DNA from: Prasinococcaceae sp. CCMP 1430
Taxonomy: Eukaryota; Plantae; Prasinodermophyta
DNA length: 28,293 nucleotides
Assembly: GCA_013416795.1 (NCBI GenBank)
Contig: RQSC01000031.1
Location: 424,767 to 453,059 of the forward strand
Direction of reading: 5' to 3'
Shown here: one piece after another, positions 19,741 to 28,293 of the stretch
How positions within the stretch are numbered: the stretch's first letter is position 1
Layout of the letters: each line of letters opens with the position of its first letter
The notes under the pieces: generated by a model
Seen by the model: only the letters and a program-made list of their open reading frames with translations
What the model was told of the DNA's origin: nothing
Database searches by the model: none
Position numbers and translations under genes: made by a program

Positions 19741-20865
19741 GCCGCCGGGCCGCCGCCGAGCCAGACGCTCTATGTGAACAACCTCAACGACCGCGCGAGG
19801 GCCGACGAGCTGCGCCGCGCGCTCGCGGCCGTGTTCTCGCAGTTCGGACGCGTGCTCGACGTGTCGGCGAGCAAGGCGTACGCGCGGCGCGGGCAGGCGT
19901 GGGTGTGCATGGAGAGCGTGCCCGCGGCGGCGAACGCGCTGCGGCAGCTGCAGGGCTTCAACTTCCTCGACAAGCCCATGGTGCGGCGCGCCCGCCGAGT
20001 GCGCGTGCGTGCGACTATAGCACCGCATGCGCGCACGCATTCGTCATGCCCATCCCGCGAATGCGCATTGGCACGCGCATGCGCGACCCGTACCCACGCG
20101 CCCGCCCGCCAGCGCTCGCGCGCAGCCGTGCGCGCACATGTGACGCGCGCGCGCGTGCGCCCGTAGGCATTGTGCACACACCGTCGGCACGCGCGAGAGC
20201 GCGCGCCGCTGAGCACAGGGTCAAACGCGCCGCTGACCGCACCGCCTCCACCGCCCAGAGGATATCCTTCGCCAAGGATGAGTCCGACACAGTGGCCAAA
20301 CTCAACGGGACGTACAAACCCCGCCAGAAGAAGGAGCGGGTCAGGCCCGACCCGGAGAAGGGTGCGTGCGCGGCATGCGCGACGGACATGAGCGCGCGCC
20401 GCCGGCGCGAGCATGCGTGAACAAGTGCGCATGAGCGCACAGGCCCCACGTTTAGGGTTGGTGTCGTGTGGGTGGCATCGCTGACGCTCTCGCGCGCTGC
20501 GCGCCCTGCGCGGCCGTCAAATCCCGGCAGCCCGCCAAGCGGCCGCCAAACGCCGCGCGACAGCCGCCGCCGCCGCAGCGGCAGCAGCCCCTGCTGCGCC
20601 CGCCGCCGCCGCGCCCGACCTCGCTGCAGCGCCCAACAAGATCCTCTTCGTGCAGAACTTGCCCGCCGAGGCGACCGACCTCATGGTTTCCATGCTGTTC
20701 CAACAGTTCCCTGGCTACAAGGAGGTGCGCATGGTGGAACAGAAGCCGGGCATCGCGTTCGTCGAGTTCGAGAGCGACATGCAGGCCGGCGTGGCCATGC
20801 AGGGCCTGCAGGGCTTCAAGATCACCCCCACCAACTCTATGGCGGTCTCGTACGCCAAACAGTGA
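19741..20865 (+). CDS. U1A/U2B'' snRNP two-RRM protein (exons ~19741-19980, 20259-20361, 20531-20865; start unresolved)
   Basis: [12 protein letters not shown]...VFSQFG.VLD...RGQAWV...[11 protein letters not shown]|RISFAK..SD and [11 protein letters not shown]...[24 protein letters not shown]...LQGFKIT. Both introns are GT-AG and frame-consistent. Confidence 0.9.
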
Positions 20866-21018
20866 GGCACGCCCACAAGCGCCGCAAACCACACCTAATA
20901 AAAACGGCTCACCTACGTACGGCACACGTGCTCTCTGCTGGGCTGGGCGCATGCGCATGTATGCGTGTGGATTCTGAATATATTAGCGTGTGCGCTCGTC
21001 CGCTGCGTTTGTCGCCGC

Positions 21019-21576
21019 TCAGTCGAAGAGGTAGATGCGGCTGCTGATGTCAGAGACGAGCCAATCGAAGGCACCGATGAGGCCGTCCCCGGAGACAGCG
21101 GAACACGGTGCAATTTTCCAGTGACGGTCCCCGCTCATGTCGTGCAGGCCGAGCGCAGCGGCGATCTGCTCCTCTGTCGCCGCGCCGGGCAAGTCCTGCT
21201 TGTTGGCGAGCACGAGCAGGCTTGCGCCCGCCAGCTTCTCCTCGCCGAGCAGCGCTTTGAGCTCGCGAGCGCAGTCGGCGAGGCGCATGGTGTCGGCGCT
21301 ATCCACCACCCACACCATGCCGTCTGTTGCCTCGAAGTAATTGCGCCAGTACGGGCGCAGCGAGCGCTGTCCGCCGACGTCCCACACGTTGAGCCGATAC
21401 CCGCGGAACTCGAGCGTCTTGATGTCGAAGCCGAGCGTCGGAGAGATCTTCGATATGTCCTCGCCATTGACGCGCTTCACGATTGTCGTCTTGCCCGCGT
21501 TGTCAAGCCCCACCAGCAGCACGCGCATCTCCTTCTCCTTCGCCTTGGCCTTCTTGATGATCGTGAGGAGGCCCAT
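21019..21576 (-). CDS. ARL2: ADP-ribosylation factor-like GTPase 2 (185 aa, intronless)
   Basis: [60 protein letters not shown] and the C-terminal DISSRIY. Confidence 0.95.
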   Translation of the reverse strand: MGLLTIIKKAKAKEKEMRVLLVGLDNAGKTTIVKRVNGEDISKISPTLGFDIKTLEFRGYRLNVWDVGGQRSLRPYWRNYFEATDGMVWVVDSADTMRLADCARELKALLGEEKLAGASLLVLANKQDLPGAATEEQIAAALGLHDMSGDRHWKIAPCSAVSGDGLIGAFDWLVSDISSRIYLFD

Positions 21577-21603
21577 CGCGGGAGGCGCCCCGTTCGGCAG
21601 CAG

Positions 21604-21634
<31 letters not shown>

Positions 21635-21764
21635 AGCAGCAGCAGNNNNNNNNNNNNNNNNNNNNNNNNNNNNNNNNNNNNNNNNNNNNNNNNNNNNNNN
21701 NNNNNNNNNNNNNNNNNNNNNNNNNNNNNNNNNNNNNNNNNNNNNNNNNNNNNNNNNNNNNNNN

Positions 21765-23335
21765 GGGCGCGCTCGCGGCCGCGTACGGCGGCATGCGCGA
21801 CTCGCTCGAGGCGTGGGTGTCTGACGACGACGGCGGCAGCGGCAGCGATGAGCAGAGCGCTGAACCCGCCGCCCCCGCCGCGCCGCCCTCGCCGGCGGCC
21901 GCGAGCGCCGCGCGTGAGCACGGGGAGCGCGACGGCGCAGTGGGCGGGAGGTGCGTGGCAATTGCATCAGAGCGCGCACTCGTGTTCGGGGCAGCGATGG
22001 CGGTGTCGCGCTGACCTCCAACATTTTGTGCTTTGCTGCTGCGCCCCGCATGCGCGCGTGCGTGCGTGCGCATTCGATAGCCTCGGGCGGCTTCAGCGCG
22101 AGTATGGCGAAGGAGTCGCACGCAACGCGGATGAGCGCGGCGGTACCGGCGGGGTCGATGAGGCGGATGAGGACGAAAGCGGGCATGGTTCTCAAAACGG
22201 GCGCGGACAGCAGGAGCAGCTCGAGCATCGGAGAGTGGACCAAGAGAGAGACCGCCAGGAGCATGCGCAACGTCAGCAAAAGCCCCAACAGCAGCAGCAG
22301 GGCCAGCCGCGCGTCCGACACAGCCGCCTACGCCCTCCGACGGCCACCGCGCGCACGCGACCAGCATGGCGCGGCGGCGGTGTGGCGCCGCGCGGCGGCG
22401 GCCGTGGCGAGGCGGAAGAAGACGCGGCAGCGCGCGCGCGTCGTGTCGCGCAGCGGGATCGGCTGGCGGCAGCGGCACGCGTTGGGCCACGCACGGAGGC
22501 GGCGCTCGCGCCGCTCTCCGCGGAAGAGCTGGCGGCAGGCTGGGAGGAGGAGGTGCGGGGCCTTTTCGCGCGCGTGGCGCAAAAGAGCGACGAGGACTCG
22601 AAGTCGGGCAAGAGCGCGCACACCGGTGGGGAACGGAAGCAACGAGGGCGCCGGAATAGCGCGCAGGGCATTGGCGAAGACGCATCTGCGGCGGTGGCGC
22701 TCGAGGAGGAGGAGCTGGCGCGTCGCGCCGCCGAGCTGGACGCCGAAATGGCGCGCCTGCATGAGGCGCGCGTGCGTATCCACCTGCGCAACGAGGAGGG
22801 CGCGCTCCGCCGGCGCGCAGCGGACAGTCTGAATGCATTCGAGGAGGAGCTCACTTCGGAGCTTGAGGAGCGGCTGAGGGATGTGGCGGAGGAAAGACAG
22901 GCCAAGGTGAGCGCCGAACGGCAGGCCATCGTGCGCGTGACGCGCCAGCGCCTCAAGAACGTGCGCTAGATGCGGCCGGCCCTTGTGCATAAAGGGAGGA
23001 AGCGCGAGGGGACGCTGTGAGCACGTGCTGACGCGTTCGCGCGCGAGCGCAAAACGCTCACGCACGTCGCCACACATGAGCAGCTCGACGCCGCATCGGC
23101 GTACCGGGCACAGGTGCAGGAGCAAATCGCCGAACTACACGCGGTGCTGGGGCAGCTCGCGGCGCGGTCGAGCGCGCTTACGGCCGCGTGCGACGAGCGC
23201 GTGTCGCACCTGCAAACCGAGTACGCAGAGGTGGTGCGCGAATTCAAGGAGCGCCTTGAGCTCGACATACGCACCAAGCTGGCCGCCAAGGCCAAGAGGC
23301 TCTTCGAGCAGGCCCCAACACTCGACATTAAGTGA
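21765..23335 (+). CDS. Hypothetical coiled-coil protein, 5' end in the N gap (exons 21765-21950, 22081-22960, 23114-23335)
   Basis: Two GT-AG introns (phase 2 and phase 0) join three listed ORF frames into one reading frame with E/R/A-rich heptads. Confidence 0.7.
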
Positions 23336-23564
23336 GACCATCACACCGACCAAATGCTGGGGTGTCCATGCATGCGCGCTAATCATGGCGCTGCGCGTAA
23401 CGGTGTCGTGTGTGGGCCGCGCCCCGGCCCCTCCGATGCCCCTCCGCGTCAAGCGCGTGTCTGAGTCCGCATGGTCCGAGTCACCAATCTACTAGAGTAG
23501 GCATGTGAGCATTATCGAGTGTGTGCTACGTGCGACGGCCGGCCTCCTGCCGGGGTCCCAATCG

Positions 23565-24411
23565 CTAGTCGGAGAAATCGGAGGACTCGTCGTCTGTCTC
23601 CTTCCGGTAGCCGCCGCGCCGGAGGTTCGTGTTACCCACCTTCTCCTCGTCGCCGTCCTTCGTCGGCGGTGCCTTTTTCTTCTCCTCGTCGCCGTCCCAC
23701 TTGATGCCGTCGCGCGCGGCAATGGACATCCGCAGGCGGCTCTCCGGGAAGTCGTCGCTGCCGCCGAGCTCGTCGAAGCCCACGATGTAGTCGATGACCT
23801 TGCCGTCCTTGCAGATGCAGATGGTGGGAAGCATCCAAATCTTGAGTTTCTCTGTGACGAACGGTGCCTTCTCCGCGTGGATGCGCGCGAACTTGGTCTC
23901 CATGTGCTTCTGCGCGATCGACTCCAGATGCTTGTCGACCACCTTGCACGGCCAGTTCTCGCGAAAGAAGTGGCACACGAAACGCTCACACTTGGCCTCT
24001 TTGAAGAAGTCCTGCGGGTGCGCGGGCGCGTGGGTGGGGTGGTGGGCGTGGGAAGCAGCGGCGGCCAAGGTGTCAGCGTGCCCCTCGGCACGCGCCTCTC
24101 GACGGCACAGGCGCATTCGCGCCTGTCCGGGTGGCCCCCGCGGCGCGTGCGACGGCGCGTCTGGCACGGGCTCGAGCCTGTCTCACCTTGTCGCCATCAA
24201 TAAGCCTGACTTCGCCGTGCCCCGCCGCGCGCCACTCCTGCTGCTTCTTCTGCATGCGCTTCATGTGGTCGATGCGCTTCTCGCGAAGCTTCTCGAGGTC
24301 GTCCTCGTCCATGTTCTCCATGCGGTGGATCTCGGCGTCGACCTGGTCCTCAATGGCCTGTCCGATCTGGCCGAGCTGGGCCGCGAGGGCCTGCTGAATC
24401 ATCTCCGCCAT
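23565..24411 (-). CDS. TXNDC9: Phosducin-like protein 3 / thioredoxin domain-containing protein 9 (exons 24411-24187 and 24011-23565)
   Basis: DDLE.LRE.R...M...W...GHGE, DFF.E.K....VCHF.R..WPCKVVDKHL, H.ETKF..I.AEKAPF..EKLKIWMLPT and DYIVGFDELGG.DDF. Phase-0 intron 24186-24012. Confidence 0.92.
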
Positions 24412-25246
24412 GGCTGCCGCTCGCGTGCAGGAGGAGCGCGGCGCTGGCCGCTACCGCAGCCCTGGCAACGCGCTGTCCGCCGCGGGCGTCGCCGCCGCGC
24501 AGGAACAGGACAGCGCGCACGCACGCCGCTCGCTGCCGCCGCCGCCACTGAGCTGTAGACTGTGGTGCTTGCGCGCCGGCGCCCGCCGCCGCGGCGACCC
24601 CGCATTTCGCCCCCGCAATTCTTCAACGCTTCGCACCCGCGCGCGCCGCTTTCGCGGCGCTTTCGCCGCGCGACCCCGCGCGATCGCCCGCGCGTGGTCA
24701 AAACGCGCGCCAATGATGGATTCCACGGATTCCACGTAATTCAAGTTTTAATAGCGAATCCATGCGATGTGAATACTATCACAAATGTGTGGCATACGCG
24801 GAACCCACGTGCAAGCGGGAGCGGAGCCCGCGCGCGCCAACAGCCGCCGGCGGGGACCCTGGTCGAAACGCATGCGAGGGGCGGGCCGGGCGCCAGCGGT
24901 GGTTCAGGTTTACGAGAAATTAAGGTTTAATGCGCTTGAAAGACTCATTTTCGTCTTCATTTTGTTTGTAGGGTCTGGATAGTGGAGACAGCAGTACATA
25001 ATGGTTGCGCAGGCTGCAGGGGGCACGCGCACGGCACAGGCCAGTTTTTTTTTTCAGTGCTTGTACAGGAAAATCTTTGGTGTGAGGTCAGAATGCGTGT
25101 GGAAAAGGGCACCTCTGGATTTTTTTTTTTAAGCCGGCGTCTGGCGCAGGCGACACTGCGGCGCCCGGCGCCACTGCGCGCGCCCCGGGCGCCCCTCTTC
25201 CCCGACCTCTCTCCGCGTGGTCGCCCCGCTTGCCCCGCCGGACGCC

Positions 25247-26361
25247 ATGCTGCGCCGCGCGGCCACCTCGCTCTGCCGTCGCGCCGCGCCCCTTCTCAAA
25301 CTCGAGCTGCGCGCGCAGGCGGTTGAGCTGGCTCGAAACGAGGACGACTCGGGCGAGGCCATCGCGCGCGGCACCTCGCTCTGCCGTCGCGCCGCGCCCG
25401 CGGCCGCGAGCGGCCGCTTCGCGTCGACGATCGCAGAGGGCTGGGCGGCCGCCGCGCCCAACCTCGACCAACCCAACGTCGCGACCGACTTCGCCAAGCC
25501 GGCCAAGGAGGCTGAGGGCACGGGCATCCCCTCGAAGCTCACGCTCAACTTCTACTTGCCGCACGCAATCGAGTTCGACGCCGCGGAGGTGAGGCGCGCG
25601 GGGCGCGGCTTCGGCGGCCGGCGGCGGTTGTGGCGGCGCGTGCAGCAGACGTGCAGATGTGCGCTTTTGGGGTTGAGGAAAAAACTTTGCTGCCCGCAGC
25701 AGTGCGCGCGAGCATCCGCACAGGATAGGGAGGGGGGGGGGGGAGGCGCGCGGAATGCCCTGCATCCACCCACCCAGGCCCATCCGATCCCGCTCGCGTG
25801 CTGCCGCGCATGCCTGTGCGCTCCAAGTGGGGAGCGGGGAGAAGGGCCAGGCGGCGCCGAGCGCGCGCCGAGCGCCAGGGGGCGCTGCAGCAGGGGTAGT
25901 TTTAGGGCACGGGCACCGGCCGCAGTCGGCGCCTCTTGCGGCGACGTGTTCTGACTCCACCGGTGGCACGCGCACTGCTCCCGCGCGTCCGTGCGCCCGA
26001 GCGCGCGTTCGTGCAGGTGGACAGCGTTACTGTGCCGGCCGAGTCTGGCGACATGGGCGTGCTCCCCGGGCACATGCCGTCGGTGGCGCGCCTGCGCCCG
26101 GGTGTGATGACGGTCAACACGACCGACAGCGACATCAAGAAGTACTTCGTGGCCTCGGGGTACGTGATGGTGCACCCGACGAGCGTCGCTGACGTGACCG
26201 CCATCGAGGCCGTGCCGGTGGAGCAGCTGGATGCCGAGGCCGCCAAGAAGGGCCTGGATGAAGCGAAGAGTGCGCTCGCTGGCGCGCAGACCGACCTCGA
26301 GAAGGCCGAGGCGCAGATTGGCGTGGACGTGTACACGTCGATGGTGGCCGCCACCAACTAG
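25247..26361 (+). CDS. Mitochondrial F1 ATP synthase delta subunit (exons 25247-25588 and 26017-26361)
   Basis: MLRRAA... presequence, IPSKLTLNFYLPH, VD.V.VPA..G.MGVLPGH.P..A.L.PGV, KYFV.SG, AIEAVPVEQLD and KAEAQIGVDV. Phase-0 intron 25589-26016. Confidence 0.93.
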
Positions 26362-26711
26362 GCTGGGGAGGAGAGTATCGGTCGGCGAGGCGCAACGGCA
26401 CATTGCAATGCGCGAGGGTCTCACGTGCGCGGGTGAGTGCGCACGGGCGCGGTGGAGGCAGCGGGCAGCGGCGACGGGGCCGCCAAATTGAAAGGCGCCC
26501 TCGGCGCACTCCGAGAAGGCCGCGCTGCGCGTGGCACGTGAGACACGCAATTTTGACACGCAGTGTGACCATTATGCGCGCCTGCGCACGCGTGCGCCCT
26601 CCGTCGCGAGAGCGGGCCTCGTAGAGGACAAGGAGCGCGCGCGGAGGGGGGGGAGGGGGGTCGCCAAAGGCCCGCCACACCGTATTAGTTGTATCGTGGG
26701 CGCATGCGCTC

Positions 26712-27820
26712 CTAGTCGCTGTCGTCCCCCGCCAGCCCCGCCGCTCGAAGCTGTGCTTCCTTTAGTTTGGCGGCCGCGTCGACCGCGGTCGGCTCGCCCC
26801 CCGCGAGCTTCCGCCGCTTTGCCTGCATCTCCTCCTGGATCTCGGCAGTTGTGCGCAGGTCGCGCTTGTTCGTGTTGAGCTTGACGAGCCCCGCGCCGCC
26901 CTCGACGGGCATGCGAGGCGCAGTGTCGCTCAGCTTGGGCGCCCTGCGTTGCTGCGCGCGCGCTGCCGCGACCATCGCAGCCTGGCTCGCCATGCGTCGC
27001 CCGCCGGGGTCCTCGGAGTCGTCTCCCGTCTGCACTGCGGCAATGCTGTACACGGCCACGCGCCTATCGACCCCCTCATCGCCCACGCTCTCGCTGATGA
27101 GACCGAGGTCGGTCGCGGCCTCTTTCTGGACGTCGCGCCACATGCGCTCGACGGGCGCAAACTCGAACGTCGCCTCGCGGCCTTCCTCCTTTGCCTTGGC
27201 GAGCGGCGCGAGCTCCGCCTGGTACGACGCGTAGGCACGGCGGCGTGCGTCGGCAGCAGCCTGTGCGTGCGAGAGCCGGAAAAGAGTGCGTGTCAGAGCC
27301 CACACAAGGGAGCGCCAGTGCTCGGCTCACGCATAACAATGCAACGGTGGCGCGAGGGAGAGGCTGTACGCCACCGCCGCGCCCTGGCGCGAGCGCGCTG
27401 CTGCCGTCGCGGCAACACGAAGCGATCATGTGTGCGTGTATGTGGGTGGGTGGGTGTGGGTGGGTGTGGGTGGGTGTGGGGGGGTCCTACCTTCTGTGCA
27501 TCACCGACGCTGACGGCCGGCACGGCGCCATTGCCCCCGCCACTGAGGCTGCCACCGAAGCCTCCAAGGCTGTCGCCGAAGCCACCAAGGCTGCTGCCGA
27601 AGCCGCCGAGACTGCCACCGTCACCTGCCTTGGTCGCGGGCACGCCCGCGCGGGCCTCAGCGGGCTTGACCACCTTTCCTGTGATCTCCGAGTGGCGCTC
27701 GACGCCGCCGAGGATGCTCGACAGGAGGCCCGCCCGCCTCGGTTTCGCTGGTGCCGGCTTGGAGGGGGGCGCCTGCGCGCCGCCCGCCTGCGCGCCGCCC
27801 GCCCCCGGCGGCGGCCGCAT
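26712..27820 (-). CDS. SPAG7-like R3H-fold protein (exons 27820-27491 and 27260-26712; start uncertain)
   Basis: N-terminal 'AGLLSSILGGVER', an R3H-like block 'FAPVERMWRDVQKEAA..LGLISESVGDEGVDRRVAVY' and C-terminal 'NKRDLRTTAEIQEEMQAKRRK' parallel the remembered SPAG7 blocks. Phase-0 intron 27490-27261. Confidence 0.7.
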
Positions 27821-28293
27821 CGCACTTCGGCGGCCCCGAGCTCATCGCGCGCGCGCGTGGTCGCGCTCGCGCTCGCGCCGCCCGGGCTCTCTTCCCCTCG
27901 ACCCCTCGACCCAGCACCCCCTCGCTCGTTCGCTCGCTCGCGCCCCGCCCGCGCGCGCGCGTGGCGGCGTGTGGCGGCGGTGCATGCGCGGGGATCGTGG
28001 GGAGGGAAGGGGGGGAGGGGGGCAGCACGGGCACAGGGGTGCGAGCCCACGGGTCTCCCCCGCCTGCATCGGAGGATGAGGTTTTGTACGCCGTAGATAG
28101 GGTTCACTTCACTCCATCAGCAAAGAGGGTTTAGGTCTCGAATCGGATTCTCGATGCGCTGGGGTAGCCCAGCGAGCGGGCCACCACGCTCTCATGATAC
28201 CATTTCGAGGCGCTGGGGCATTCCGGGCCCTCCGGCTCTCGTTTTGATGGCGGGCGGCGCGCGCCCGGCGGCTGGCCGCGGCGCGCGCCGGCG

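Noticed and set aside
27441-27484. Functional G-quadruplex / (GGGTGT)-type repeat
   Set aside because: It is an intronic simple repeat similar to other GT-rich tracts in this window, with no evidence of a specific role.
370-27490. Introner-type repeated introns
   Set aside because: The inferred introns share only donor (often GTGCG), CTGAC branch and YAG acceptor signals plus GC/GT-rich filler. I see no extended identity among them.

Overview
High-GC, intron-containing eukaryotic nuclear DNA, most likely from a green-lineage microalga (plant-type HPR1, SGAT and GLYK; GT-AG introns with CTGAC branch points; TTTAGGG motifs). The assembly is a draft, with N gaps at 1612, 5061-5204, 8668 and 21646-21764 and several apparent chimeric joins inside GC runs. 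The main result is three adjacent genes for the last three consecutive steps of photorespiration: glycerate 3-kinase (+), hydroxypyruvate reductase (-) and serine:glyoxylate aminotransferase (+). HPR and SGAT are divergent across a motif- and palindrome-rich intergenic region, and neither ends in a recognisable PTS1. Next come a PrpD homolog lacking its conserved active-site histidines, a beta-adaptin fragment, a long Ala-rich repeat protein with a CEP295-like N-terminal part, a MED27-like fragment and a coiled-coil protein. After these are a TVP38/DedA membrane protein, a ~90-bp tandem array with inverted telomere-like motifs, a tetraspanin-like protein, U1A/U2B'', ARL2, another coiled-coil protein, TXNDC9/PLP3, mitochondrial ATP synthase delta and a SPAG7-like protein. 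All homology calls come from remembered family motifs, not database searches.
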